Origin: Pseudomonadota bacterium
GTDB taxonomy: Archaea; Thermoplasmatota; SW-10-69-26; JACQPN01; JAJPHT01
Length of the DNA stretch: 64,000 nucleotides
Direction: 5' to 3'
NCBI GenBank assembly: GCA_021325135.1
Contig: JAJPHT010000007.1
Span: 33,776 to 97,775, forward strand
The translations under genes were made by a program, and so were the position numbers. This document shows, one piece after another, positions 36,481 through 46,844 of the stretch. Each line of letters opens with the position of its first letter. Position 1 is the first letter of the stretch. Under the pieces are notes generated by a model. The model was not told the origin of the DNA and did no database searches. It was given only the letters and a program-made list of their open reading frames with translations.

Positions 36481-37506
36481 TCAGGGCCGCGGCGCGGTGG
36501 CGCGCGCCGCCTCCTCGGCCGCCTTCGCGGCCTTGCGGCGCTCCTTCGCGCGCTGCCTGCGGGCCCGCTCCTCGTTGCGGGCGAGCCGGGCCGCCGCCCG
36601 CGACTCGCGCCCGTCGCGCCAGAGGCGGATCGTGTCCAGCGCGAAGGGGACCGCGATGACGACGCCCAGCGTGGCGAAGAAGCACGTCCACAGCTCCAGC
36701 GGCGCGAAGGCGTTCCCCACGCGGTAGTAGCCCGGGACGTCGGGGTTCGTGGCGCCCACCTGGAGCGCGAGCTTGGCGAGGCCCATCCAGGGCACCTCGC
36801 CGTAGGCCTTGGCGTCCACCCACGAAGGGTCGACGATGCGCGAGATGCCGATCGCCTGGTCGGGCGCGGGGTTCGTGAACGCGTTGTCCCCCTTGGTGAT
36901 GAAGCCCGAGTAGGCGGGGCGGTAGCCGTCCGTGGGCGTGAAGCCGAAGCGCTCGTCGAAGCCCAGGTCGGGGAGGTAGACGCCCGTGTCGCCGAAGACG
37001 CGCACCTGGTGGTCGATCCACTTGACGCGGTACTGCGTCGAGCCGTTGGGCAGGCGCACGACGTCGATCCAGGTGATGGCGCGGTGGACGATGGTGGTGT
37101 TGCCGCGATCGCCATCCTGCGCGTAGGCGATGACGTCCCCCGGCCGCCCGTAGTGGCTGGGCCCGCCGTCGACCCAAAGCTGCACGTCGGATGCGGAATG
37201 CACCGAGCGGACGAACACGATGTCGCCCACGTCGACGGTCCCCAGCCGGCCGTAGGGCGACTCGTGGGGCGCGTCGTGCATCATGGACTCGGACTCGATG
37301 ACGAGGAAGGGGGGCCACGTGCCGCCGGCGGCGGCCGCGAGCGCGCCCACGACGAGGACGACGAGGAGGAGCGCGCCCACCACGTCGCGCAGCAGCCGGA
37401 AGCGCGAGCCGGCGCGGCGCACGCGGCGCCACGCGCGGAGGGCCAGCGGCGCTCCCCCTGGCGCGTCGCGGTGGGCTTCCTTGCGCTGGCGCAGCCGGAG
37501 GCGCAT
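36481..37506 (-). CDS. S26 signal peptidase (Sec11-like)
   Basis: IESESMMH, GDIV, IVHRA, FITKGDN, PWMG. Confidence 0.88.
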   Translation of the reverse strand: MRLRLRQRKEAHRDAPGGAPLALRAWRRVRRAGSRFRLLRDVVGALLLVVLVVGALAAAAGGTWPPFLVIESESMMHDAPHESPYGRLGTVDVGDIVFVRSVHSASDVQLWVDGGPSHYGRPGDVIAYAQDGDRGNTTIVHRAITWIDVVRLPNGSTQYRVKWIDHQVRVFGDTGVYLPDLGFDERFGFTPTDGYRPAYSGFITKGDNAFTNPAPDQAIGISRIVDPSWVDAKAYGEVPWMGLAKLALQVGATNPDVPGYYRVGNAFAPLELWTCFFATLGVVIAVPFALDTIRLWRDGRESRAAARLARNEERARRQRAKERRKAAKAAEEAARATAPRP

Positions 37507-37563
37507 GCTGGCTCGCGCCTCGCCAGGAGGTATATTAACGGTTCTTGAACGGGGCTGGACCGT

Positions 37564-38358
37564 CTAGGCGCGTTGCCCTTGCCGCGAGAGCGCCTGCTCC
37601 AGCGTCATCTCGCCCAGCGCGACGCCCAGGGCGAGGTCGCGCCCGATGGTGAAGCGTCCCCGGCTCGCCAGCCGGCTCTTGCGCTGGATGTCGCGAAGCT
37701 CGCCCGCGGTGGGGACGACGGGGCCCACGCTGGCGGGGTCGATGGCGGCGCCAGGCGTGAGCGCAATGTTGGTGGCCGCCGCGGTGTCGCGCTCCGCGCT
37801 GCCGTGATAGCCCGAGGGGGGTGTCGAGCGCGTCTCGTCGACGAGCTCCATGGCGGCCTCCAAGCCGATGAGCGCGCGCAGGATGCGGTCGCGGTGCGTG
37901 GGCGCGCCGTTGCCGATGCGCACGAGGAAGCGGCCCGCGGGGCACTCCGAGAGCGCGGACTCGACGGCGGGGCGCACGGCCTCGGGGCTCGCGGCGTGGA
38001 TGAGCCGCACGACCTTGCCGTCCGCGAGCACCGCGACGCCGGGGCGCTCGCCCGGGTCGACGCCGATCACGCACTGGCGGAACGCCTCGTGCCCTTCCAG
38101 CAGCCGCAGCGCCTCCTCCACCGAGGACTCGGGCGTCGTGTAGACGACGACGCGGCCGTGCGTGACGCGGGGCGCCTCGGCGGCGGTCGTGAGGACGACC
38201 GCGACGTGCAGGGGGATCTCGTCGTCGGCGTCCAGGGGGATGAACGGGACGCCGCGGCTCCGGAGGGCCTGGACGAGATCGTAGTACACCGAGAAGTCCG
38301 ACGTCTGGACGCCGAGGCTCTTCAAAGGCTTCGTCAGGATTTCTGCATGGATTCCCAT
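37564..38358 (-). CDS. Conserved archaeal protein with RNase H/YqgF-like domain
   Basis: IGVDPGERPGVAV, RIGNG, VDETRST, D..AA.NIA. Confidence 0.7.
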   Translation of the reverse strand: MGIHAEILTKPLKSLGVQTSDFSVYYDLVQALRSRGVPFIPLDADDEIPLHVAVVLTTAAEAPRVTHGRVVVYTTPESSVEEALRLLEGHEAFRQCVIGVDPGERPGVAVLADGKVVRLIHAASPEAVRPAVESALSECPAGRFLVRIGNGAPTHRDRILRALIGLEAAMELVDETRSTPPSGYHGSAERDTAAATNIALTPGAAIDPASVGPVVPTAGELRDIQRKSRLASRGRFTIGRDLALGVALGEMTLEQALSRQGQRA

Positions 38359-38485
38359 GAAGCTTCCCCCTGGATGGACGAATTGGACGGCCTGGCGGCG
38401 TGGGGGCTGCCTGCGGGCGTCGCCGCGCGCCGTTTCGGTGGCCTTATGAGACCCCCCATCGAGTCCCGTCCGGGATGCACTAGGT

Positions 38486-40426
38486 ATGGCGCCTTTCCTC
38501 CGCGACGAGGGGCCGCCGGTGTCGCAGCAGACGATCCAGCGTGCCCGAGAATCGCTTCCCCTTGAGTTCGGCAACCAGATCGTCAACGAGACCGGGCGCG
38601 AGGTCCTTCTCGTCCGCGTGCCGAAGGCGAAGCCCGACTACCTCCACGACCTTGGCGACGTGGCGTTCTACGTCAGCCTCGACACGATCAAGGCCACGAA
38701 GGACGTCCTCCTCATCGGCCACGAGAAGACGGCCCGCCTGGAGCCGCAGCAGCTTCGCGACTACATCCGCGCCCAGCAGCGCGAGGACGTGGGCGTCGTG
38801 GACGGCATCCGCCGCGGCGTGGACCGCCAGTACGGCTTCGCCACGGTCCAGTCGCCCAGCAACCACCTGCACGTCGCGCTGGCGATGCGCATTCCCCGCG
38901 AGAGCGTCGCGGAGATCTCGCCCGAGGACGTGAACGCCCTCCGCGCGGTCCTCAGCAACGCGAAGAAGGCCGTCGACGGCTGCCAGTACGCGTACATCGT
39001 GGCCAACCGCGACCACGAGCGCCTGGGCCGCCGCGTCCTCCTCGATCTCCTGGGCCTCGCGCAGCAGGCCGCGCCCCCCGCGGCCCCCGCGCCCGAGCCC
39101 GCTCCTGCCCCCGTAGCGCCCGCGGCTCCTGTCGCGTTCCCCCGCGGGCCCAGCAATGCGCCCCCCGCCGCGGCGGCTCCAGCCCCCGTGATGAGCGGCC
39201 CCTTCGCGTCGCTCGCCCAGGCGGCCCCCGCGCCGGCCCCGGTCGCGCCCGCGCCCCCTCCAGCGCCCGTCGCCGCGGCGCCCGCAGAGCCCCCGGCTCC
39301 CGCGGCCCCTCCGCAGAAGGAGGTCCACGAGGAGTACGAGATCGTCTCCAAGCCCAAGGCGCCCGCCGCGCCGAAGCCGGCGCCCGCGCCCCTCGCGCTC
39401 TCCGCGGACCCCGCCGCCTCGCACGAGACGCACGACGAGTACGAGATCGTGAGCAAGCCGAAGCCGGCCGAGCCCGCCCCCGCGGCCGCCGTGCCCGAGG
39501 CGGAGCACCACGACCCCGAGAAGAAGGTCATCCACGCCAGCGAGGAGTTCGAGGTATTCACGTCGAAGCCCAAGCCGCGCGAGAAGCCCCCCATCACGCC
39601 CCCGGGCCAGGGCGGCTTCGCGGCCGCGTTCGACATGGCCGCCGCCGGCGCGCCCAAGAAGAGCAAGGAGTACAGTATCATGGACGGCGGCTCCTCGCGG
39701 CCGCCCCAATCGCTGGGCAAGCTCCCTGCGCCCGCCGCCGCGCAGCCGGCCGCGCCCCCCACGGGCTTCGCCGCCGCGATCCAGGCCGCCGCCCACGCGC
39801 AGGCGCCCCCGATGCCCTCCAGCGCGCAGAGCGCCACCGCGCACCCGCAGGCGTTCCACGGCTCGCCCACGGCGGCCGCGCCCGGCGCGGTCGTGAACCT
39901 GGCGGCGCTGGGCATCCCCGCCCCCGCGCCCCACGCGGCCGAGCCCGTCGCGGCCCCCGCGGTGGCGCCTCCGGCGATCCAGCTTCCGCACCTCTCGCAC
40001 GCCGCAGTGCAGGCGACGCCTCCGCCCGCGGCGCCCGACGACCCGCGCGCCATCGCGCCGCGCTCGGTGCCCGCCCCCGCGGCGGACTCCGGCGCGGTGG
40101 TCGTGGCCGCGGTCGCGCCCGCTCCCGAGGCCCTCCTCGCGCAGCGCTTCAAGGAGTGCGGCTACGAGGTCGTCGAGGGGCTCAAGGCGCAGGGCCACCA
40201 GTTCGCCTTCGCCGCGCACAAGCCCGGCGGCCGCCGCGTGCTGGTGAAGCGCGCGGCCACCTTCGCGGTGGAGGACGCGGCCGCGCTCTCGCAGCTGGTC
40301 ACGGCGCTGGGCGCGGACGTCGCGCTCGTCGTCGCGGACCGGCCCGCGGCGGGCGTGCGCCTCGCGACGTGGGGCACGCGCATCGAGGTCGTGTCGCCCG
40401 ATGCCGTCTCCGGCATGACGTTCTGA
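38486..40426 (+). CDS. Protein with long Pro/Ala linker and C-terminal restriction-endonuclease-like domain
   Basis: Globular N-terminus, low-complexity middle, LAQRFKECGYEV...G.....FAA.....VLVK. Confidence 0.7.
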   Translation: MAPFLRDEGPPVSQQTIQRARESLPLEFGNQIVNETGREVLLVRVPKAKPDYLHDLGDVAFYVSLDTIKATKDVLLIGHEKTARLEPQQLRDYIRAQQREDVGVVDGIRRGVDRQYGFATVQSPSNHLHVALAMRIPRESVAEISPEDVNALRAVLSNAKKAVDGCQYAYIVANRDHERLGRRVLLDLLGLAQQAAPPAAPAPEPAPAPVAPAAPVAFPRGPSNAPPAAAAPAPVMSGPFASLAQAAPAPAPVAPAPPPAPVAAAPAEPPAPAAPPQKEVHEEYEIVSKPKAPAAPKPAPAPLALSADPAASHETHDEYEIVSKPKPAEPAPAAAVPEAEHHDPEKKVIHASEEFEVFTSKPKPREKPPITPPGQGGFAAAFDMAAAGAPKKSKEYSIMDGGSSRPPQSLGKLPAPAAAQPAAPPTGFAAAIQAAAHAQAPPMPSSAQSATAHPQAFHGSPTAAAPGAVVNLAALGIPAPAPHAAEPVAAPAVAPPAIQLPHLSHAAVQATPPPAAPDDPRAIAPRSVPAPAADSGAVVVAAVAPAPEALLAQRFKECGYEVVEGLKAQGHQFAFAAHKPGGRRVLVKRAATFAVEDAAALSQLVTALGADVALVVADRPAAGVRLATWGTRIEVVSPDAVSGMTF

Positions 40427-40463
40427 GCGCAAGCCCTTTCCACGCCCGGCCGATCCTCCGGGC

Positions 40464-41105
40464 ATGGACCCCGATCTCCTCCCGCCCGAGGCCAGCCGCT
40501 ACCTCGACTCGCTGCTCCCCAGGGCCTCGCCGGTCATGGCGCGCCTGCACCGCGAGGCCCAGGCCGAGGGCCAGCCCGCCGTCAACCCGCAGACGGGCGC
40601 CCTGCTGCGCGTGCTCGCCGCCGCGACGGGCGGCCGCCGCGTGCTGGAGGTGGGCACGAACCTCGGCTACGGCGCGCTCTGGCTCCTCAGCGGCATGCCC
40701 GACTCGGGGCACTTGGACACCATCGAGATCGACCCCGAGATGGTGCGCCGCGCGCGGGCCAGCTTCCAGGAGGCGGGCGTCGCGAAGCGCGTCACCGTCC
40801 ACGAGGGCGCGGCGCTCGACGTGTTGCCGCGCCTCGCGCCCGGCTACGACCTGGTCTTCCTCGACTGCGTGAAGGAGGAGTACCCGCGATATCTCGACCA
40901 CGCGCGCCGCCTGCTGCGCCCCGGCGGCGTCGTCGCGGCGGACAACCTCCTCTGGCACGGCCACGCGTGGGACCCCCGCGACAAGGACGCGAGCACGCTG
41001 GCGCTGCGCGCCTACGCGGCCGCCGCGCGCGACGACCCGAAGCTCGTCTCGACGGTGGTGCCCACGGGGGACGGGCTGGGAATCAGCGTGCTGCGGGGCG
41101 CGTGA
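40464..41105 (+). CDS. O-methyltransferase (CCoAOMT-like)
   Basis: LEVGT.LGY, DLVFLD..KEEY, LRPGG...DN, GDG. Confidence 0.92.
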   Translation: MDPDLLPPEASRYLDSLLPRASPVMARLHREAQAEGQPAVNPQTGALLRVLAAATGGRRVLEVGTNLGYGALWLLSGMPDSGHLDTIEIDPEMVRRARASFQEAGVAKRVTVHEGAALDVLPRLAPGYDLVFLDCVKEEYPRYLDHARRLLRPGGVVAADNLLWHGHAWDPRDKDASTLALRAYAAAARDDPKLVSTVVPTGDGLGISVLRGA

Positions 41106-41108
41106 GGC

Positions 41109-42164
41109 TCAGAGGCACGCGAGGTACACGCCGTAGCCGGCCCGCCCCGTGTCCGCGCGCACGTCCACGACGCGGTTCCCCCAGGCGTCTACGCGCGAAT
41201 CGAGGAACCCTTGCGCGACGTGCCGCGTCTCGCCCGTGATGAGGTTCCGCGCCAGGAGGTCCGCCTGCGCGCTGGGCGGGTATTCGAGCCAGACGAGCCA
41301 GGGCCCGTGCACCGCGGGGGCCTGCTGGATGCGCGAGCCCCCCTCGTCGGTCGCGATGGGCGAGGCCTGCTGCGTCGTGAGGTTGAACGAGTAGACGTCC
41401 CACGTCGCGCTGGGCGTGCCGTCCGAGGTGCGCATGTAGTAGATGCCGTCGCCTTGGATCGCGGGCTTGTCGATCCCCAGCGCGCTGTGGAGCGCGATGC
41501 GCGTCTCCCCCGTGCGGACGTCGTGCAGGATGAGGTCCCAACCGCCCGCGGAGGACTTGGCCACCCACACGATGCGGCCCTGGTCCATGGAGGCGCCCTG
41601 GAGCGCCGCCTCGGTGAGGCGCGTGGCCGTGCCGTTCGCCAGGTCGAAGTCGAAGGCCCCCTCCGCGCCCTGGGCCGGCGTCGCCTCGACGACGAGGTGC
41701 CCCTCGCGCAGCAGGAGCGGGACGAGGTTTGTCGCTGGCGTGGGCCACTCGAGGGGCTGCGTCGTGCCCCGGACGAAGTCGTGGACCATGACGCGGACCT
41801 GGTGCGTCGAGAGGTCCTCGTCGCGCCACGCGGCCTGCGTCTCGTCGATCACGGGCCCCGCCTGCAGGCCTGGGCCGCCCGCCAGCGTGGTGGCCCTCCC
41901 GGTGGCGAGGTCGTAGAGCATGACGTCGCTGTCGAAGCCCGGCGATCCCGAGGCCGGCGTGCGCGCCTCCCAGACGACGCGGTCGCCCGCGACCTGCGCA
42001 GAGCCCAGGTCGTGGGGCGAGGCGTACACCTCGGTGGTGCCCGAGCACGTCGTCGCGCGCGCCTCCGGGCCCTTCGGAAGAAGCGAAGGGCCCAGGAAGA
42101 GGAGCAGGGCGATGGCGACCGCGCCCACGGCCGCCACCGCGATCCACGCCGGGCGCGGGGTCAT
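41109..42164 (-). CDS. Membrane-anchored beta-propeller (TolB-like repeats)
   Basis: N-terminal TM helix; repeated P.I.G...VW...YDL.TG motifs. Confidence 0.8.
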   Translation of the reverse strand: MTPRPAWIAVAAVGAVAIALLLFLGPSLLPKGPEARATTCSGTTEVYASPHDLGSAQVAGDRVVWEARTPASGSPGFDSDVMLYDLATGRATTLAGGPGLQAGPVIDETQAAWRDEDLSTHQVRVMVHDFVRGTTQPLEWPTPATNLVPLLLREGHLVVEATPAQGAEGAFDFDLANGTATRLTEAALQGASMDQGRIVWVAKSSAGGWDLILHDVRTGETRIALHSALGIDKPAIQGDGIYYMRTSDGTPSATWDVYSFNLTTQQASPIATDEGGSRIQQAPAVHGPWLVWLEYPPSAQADLLARNLITGETRHVAQGFLDSRVDAWGNRVVDVRADTGRAGYGVYLACL

Positions 42165-42174
42165 GCTGCAGCTC

Positions 42175-45100
42175 CTAGCACGTCAGCTCGTTCATACCTT
42201 GCGCATACCGGATCATGATCGAGGCCGCTGCCGCCGAGCTTCCGGTCTCCGGGCACGAGCCGCGGAAGAGGCTCAGCCCGAAGGCGAGGTACGCGCTGTA
42301 GCCGGGGTTGCCGCCGACCTTCTGCGCCGCGGTGTTCAGCAGGGAGTACGGGTTCTGCCAGCTGAACACGTTGCCGCACGTGTACCCGTCGGCGAGGCTC
42401 GCGATGCCCGCTGCGTCCTGGCTGCCGATGGTGGACCAGCTCATGGCGATGCGGTCGAAGTCCCTTGTGTCCGTGCCGATGGTCGTCACGGTGTCGCTGA
42501 GGCTGGCGCAGCGGCGCGTGGTCACCGTGGGGCAGTCGTCCGACTGCCACCCCCAGTACCACGGCGCGGCCGTGGCGAGCTTCGTCGTGCTGTTCGTGCC
42601 GCGGGCGAGGTTGCGCACGTGCTGGAGCGCCGACCAGGCGAAGGCCGCGTTGAACGCGGACTCCGATGCCTTCTCGCTGGAGACCAGGGCGCCGCCCTCC
42701 TCCAGGCTGCGCACGACCTCGAGCATCTGCTGCTCCACGTAGATGGGCGCGCCCTCCGCCTGGGGCGGGAGGCCCGACTCGGCGTCCTGCGTGTAGAGGA
42801 AGACGGCTGTCACGTTGCGGTCCTTCTCTCGCGCGGGCTGGTGCTGCACCGGAGGGTAGGAGTCCAGCCAGGAGGAGCCCACCGATCCGGCCATCATCTT
42901 GGCGTAGAGATCCAGCAGGACCTCGGCCGAGATCACGGTGGGCGTGGCGACGTTCACCTCGATGGGGAAGAGGTCGATGTCGGCGATCTCGCCGCCCACG
43001 ACGTGGATCTCGATGAGCGTGAGCGTGCCGTCGAGCACGCCCTTCATGGCGATCTCCGTGAGCGTCTCGGAGATGTGCACCGTCGTGACGGAGACGGGGT
43101 CTGAGAGGTTCACGCTGTCGATGTAGTTGAGGAGCGAAGCCGCGCTGGGCCAGAAGTGCCCGTGCTCGGCGAAGATGCGCGTCCACCCGAACCTCGCGTT
43201 GCCCGTCATGAGGTCGAAGTCCAGGCCGTCCAGGTGCGTCGTCCCCAGGTAGTAGGGGTTCGAGCGCCCCGTGCCGGTGGAGCCCATGTTGATGGCGTTG
43301 TCCTGCGCGGCGCCGTTGCTCCCGATCGTGGTCTGGTGCAGGATGAACTCGTTGGAGATGTAGGTCCCCAGCTGCCATCCCACGTAGGCGGCGCCCACGG
43401 TGACGGCCGCGACGGCGACCACGCCGGTGGCCGTGGCGACGGCGGAGCCGAAGGCCACGTCGGCGCTCCCGCCCACGACGGCGCCACCCAGCACGAACGA
43501 CATCGACGTGAGCGAGTTCTGAGGCTTGTTGTTCTGGAACGTCAGGTTCGCCGTGTACGTGAGCCGGTTCTGGTTGACGTCTTCGACGACGATGGTGAAG
43601 TGGTGCACGGTCACGCTGGTGGGCCAGGAACCCGTGAACGTCGTGCCGTTCGTGCTCTTCGAGAGCGTGATCGGGTACGCGGCGTTCGACGACGTGTAGG
43701 CCGTGACGGTGGGGTCCGGCCCCATGGCGTCGTTGTCGGAGACCTGGAAGTTGAGGCCCGCGCGGAAGTCGGGCCCCTTGTGCGGGTCCGGCAGCCCCTG
43801 CAGATTCAGGATCTGCGGGTAGACGTCCTCGACCCACGGGCGCGCGTCGAAGCCGTCGGGCAGGTTGTCGTCGTCGATGTCCTGCGTCGTCGGGCTCGAC
43901 ACGTCGGTGAGCATCTCCTCGCCGTCGGTGGCGAAGTCGTGGTCCGTGTCGCTAAGGAGGCTGCTGGTCTGGCTGTCGAGGACCATCGTGAAGCTGGACG
44001 CGGTGCCCGTGCTCCCGGAGACGGTGTCGTTGAGCTGGACCCGCCACTTCTGGTGGTGGGTGAACGTCTGGGGCGAGTAGCCGCACTGGCTGAGCAGCGG
44101 GACCGTGATGGTGCCTGCGCCCGAGGCCGCGCCGTGGCTCCAGAGCGTGCACCAGCCGCTCACGTCCCCCACGAGGGAGACGACGAGGTCGCTCCAGCGC
44201 GGGTGGTTCACGTCCACCGTCACGTAGCCGTCGTAGAGCCCGAAGCGATCCAGGCCGGGAATGGTGAGGTTCGTCGAGCCCAGGTCGGGGATCGCCTTGG
44301 CGTCGCCGGACGTGGAGACGAGCTCCCACGTCGACGTGTCCTCCATGTAGTCGGGCAGCGAGTCGCGGTCCGTGTCGTCCGAGATGGCGATGTCGTCGAT
44401 GAACCATCCAGCGTGGTTGTTGTTGGCCGCGTCGGCGGCGAAGCTGAAGCGCACGAGGACGGTCGACCCGGCGTAGGGCGTCAGGTTGACGACGCGCGGC
44501 GCCCACCACTGGTAGTCGCGCGGGCCGCTGACCTGGTCCACGAGCGTCCAGGTGCTCCCGCCGTTCGTGCTCACCTCGACCTTCTTGGTGTCCTTGAGGG
44601 TGCCCTGGTCCTCCGTGTCGTACCAGCTTGCGTAGGAGAGGCCGATGACGCCCGTGGCCCCCGAAAGGTCGATGGGCGGGGACGTGAGCGTGCCGGAGGG
44701 CTGGCTCGGGTCCGCGTAGTTCCCGGTGGAATCGTTGCCGTAGTACCACGAGTAGAAGCCGCTGAACGGGTTGGCGAGGCTGCGGTGCCATTGCCCGGTG
44801 GCCTGCCATCCGGCGGAGGCGGACTCGGCGTCGTCGGAGAAGTACACCTCGTCGGTGACGTTGGGGCCCGGGATCAGCGGAGTCTGGAGCAGCGAGCCGT
44901 TCTGGAGCAGCGCGAAGAAGCGGTACGAGTGGTTCCCCGCACCCAACGTGGTGTTGTAGACGTAGCACTTGCAGTCGACGGTGTTGGTGTCCGAGGGATC
45001 GAGCTCGCTCATGGTGGAGTTGACGCCGTCGATTTCGGCGCGCACGTAGACGGGGAACTCGCTCCGCTCATGGGAGAAGCCCACCGTGTACGTGTAGCGC

Positions 45101-46659
45101 TGGCCGGTCTTGCCCGTATCCGGGAGGACCTTGGCCCGCGTGAGGTTCGCCGAGACCGTGGGGTTGGGCGTGACGTTGATGGTGTCCACCCACGCGTAGG
45201 TCAGGGGCTCGTTGACGCCGCACCAGATCTGGATGCCCTCGGTGGCGATGCCCAGGTAGGTCAGGTTGTTGAAGCCGTCCGTGGCGTTGGCGGCGATGAG
45301 GTAGTACGAGGACGCGAGGCGGTTGTCGCTCGCGTCGCGGATCTCGAAGCTGAGGTTGCGCGACCCGGCGTCGTAGCCGATGAAGAAGTGGTACTCCACG
45401 TTCACGACCGCGTCGAACCCGGCGCTCAGCCGCGCGGTGCCGTTGCGGTCGTGGTACTGCATGTAGTACTGGGGGTTCTGGTGGAGGTTGCTGTCGCGGG
45501 AGTAGTAGTAGATGCCCAGGAAGTTCGTGGCGGCAAGGTTGTCCGCGTCTCCCGTCGAGAAGTAGAGGGGCCAGCCGCTTTGCCAGTTGCCCTGCTGGGT
45601 GGTCTGCCACTTGACCGTCGCCGTGAAGGAGCCGTTCATGGAGAGGTTCACGGGCGTCGCGTGGCGATAGTGCTCGTCCGTGCAGTCCGCGCGCTGGGCG
45701 GCGTAGGCGACCCGGTGGTTCGCGGAGTCCCAGACGATGTAGCTCTGTGGGGTGTCGTTGTAGGTCTGGAACCCTTCGTTTGACGTGTCGAAGGTGTAGA
45801 TGATCGAGAAGTGGGCGGGTTGGAGGAGCCATCCTTCCGCCGTCTCCTGGCTCGGGATGGGGGCGCCGTCCTGGTGGGCGAAGCGCGGGGCCCGGATGCC
45901 CATGGAGGCCAGCCACGCGCGGCTGATGAAGACGGGCTGGCCGTCGTGGCGCGTCCCCTCGAAGGAGAGGGCGAGGTCGGGGATCACCTTGGTTTCCGTG
46001 ACGTTCGTCGTGCCGTTGGGAGTCGCGAGCTGGCGCGTGACGTTGGTCGTGCCGGGCGTCTCCACGATGCCGATCTTCATGGGGCGCGACTGGAGGCGGA
46101 CGCTGCTCTGGTCACCCAGCGTATAGAGCGCGGCGTCGCCCAGCGTCGCGGGAACGAACCCCACGGAGGCGCCAGGGGCCATGGCCACGTGGACGAAAGA
46201 GTGGCCCCCCAGCGTGACGACCTCGAACTCGGCCGCCGAGCCGAACGTGCCCAACTGGGCGTCAAGCCACGGCAGGTCCACGTAGGCGTCGTCGCCCCCG
46301 GGGTCCGAGGCAGCGACAATGAGGGCGCCGGCCGGCGTGAGCGCGGCCTCGGAGCGCGAGGCCGCGCGAAGGGCGCCGCCGGCCGCGGCCTGGATGCTGA
46401 CGTGCCGAGAGGGGGAGCCTTCGTCTCCGTCGTCCGGGATGGCCAGGACGGTGCCGTTCGCCATGCGGACGCTGGCGGTCTGGGGGTACCTCACTTTGTC
46501 CTTGGGCAGCGCCTTCTGCAGGTGGTGAGAGGAGGAGGCGCCGGTCGCAGCGTCGGGTTTCGCGTCGACGGGATCGGGAGCGGCGGGGGCGGCGCCCGGG
46601 AGGGCGACGGTGGAAAGCAGGACGACGAGGGAGACGGCGGCGGCCACGGAGCGTACCAT
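42175..46659 (-). CDS. Large secreted multidomain protein
   Basis: Signal peptide; MAM/immune-inhibitor-like domain (GWFIDD), P-domain-like segment, Asp-rich Ca loops (DTDRDSLPD), hydrophobic segment, unknown C-terminal domains. Confidence 0.85.
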   Translation of the reverse strand: MVRSVAAAVSLVVLLSTVALPGAAPAAPDPVDAKPDAATGASSSHHLQKALPKDKVRYPQTASVRMANGTVLAIPDDGDEGSPSRHVSIQAAAGGALRAASRSEAALTPAGALIVAASDPGGDDAYVDLPWLDAQLGTFGSAAEFEVVTLGGHSFVHVAMAPGASVGFVPATLGDAALYTLGDQSSVRLQSRPMKIGIVETPGTTNVTRQLATPNGTTNVTETKVIPDLALSFEGTRHDGQPVFISRAWLASMGIRAPRFAHQDGAPIPSQETAEGWLLQPAHFSIIYTFDTSNEGFQTYNDTPQSYIVWDSANHRVAYAAQRADCTDEHYRHATPVNLSMNGSFTATVKWQTTQQGNWQSGWPLYFSTGDADNLAATNFLGIYYYSRDSNLHQNPQYYMQYHDRNGTARLSAGFDAVVNVEYHFFIGYDAGSRNLSFEIRDASDNRLASSYYLIAANATDGFNNLTYLGIATEGIQIWCGVNEPLTYAWVDTINVTPNPTVSANLTRAKVLPDTGKTGQRYTYTVGFSHERSEFPVYVRAEIDGVNSTMSELDPSDTNTVDCKCYVYNTTLGAGNHSYRFFALLQNGSLLQTPLIPGPNVTDEVYFSDDAESASAGWQATGQWHRSLANPFSGFYSWYYGNDSTGNYADPSQPSGTLTSPPIDLSGATGVIGLSYASWYDTEDQGTLKDTKKVEVSTNGGSTWTLVDQVSGPRDYQWWAPRVVNLTPYAGSTVLVRFSFAADAANNNHAGWFIDDIAISDDTDRDSLPDYMEDTSTWELVSTSGDAKAIPDLGSTNLTIPGLDRFGLYDGYVTVDVNHPRWSDLVVSLVGDVSGWCTLWSHGAASGAGTITVPLLSQCGYSPQTFTHHQKWRVQLNDTVSGSTGTASSFTMVLDSQTSSLLSDTDHDFATDGEEMLTDVSSPTTQDIDDDNLPDGFDARPWVEDVYPQILNLQGLPDPHKGPDFRAGLNFQVSDNDAMGPDPTVTAYTSSNAAYPITLSKSTNGTTFTGSWPTSVTVHHFTIVVEDVNQNRLTYTANLTFQNNKPQNSLTSMSFVLGGAVVGGSADVAFGSAVATATGVVAVAAVTVGAAYVGWQLGTYISNEFILHQTTIGSNGAAQDNAINMGSTGTGRSNPYYLGTTHLDGLDFDLMTGNARFGWTRIFAEHGHFWPSAASLLNYIDSVNLSDPVSVTTVHISETLTEIAMKGVLDGTLTLIEIHVVGGEIADIDLFPIEVNVATPTVISAEVLLDLYAKMMAGSVGSSWLDSYPPVQHQPAREKDRNVTAVFLYTQDAESGLPPQAEGAPIYVEQQMLEVVRSLEEGGALVSSEKASESAFNAAFAWSALQHVRNLARGTNSTTKLATAAPWYWGWQSDDCPTVTTRRCASLSDTVTTIGTDTRDFDRIAMSWSTIGSQDAAGIASLADGYTCGNVFSWQNPYSLLNTAAQKVGGNPGYSAYLAFGLSLFRGSCPETGSSAAAASIMIRYAQGMNELTC

Positions 46660-46844
46660 GCGCGATCGGGCCGGACTAACATCGCGTGGGTGGGATGTAA
46701 CTGGCGCCGAGCCGAACGCGTCACTTCGGGAGAACCAGAATGATGACTCTCCCCCTTTCGCAAACACCCCCGCACGAACGTCGTGGTGGGTGGCTACCCA
46801 TTCCCGGGAGCAATCCTTACGCCCTCCACCCCCCATCCGCGCGC

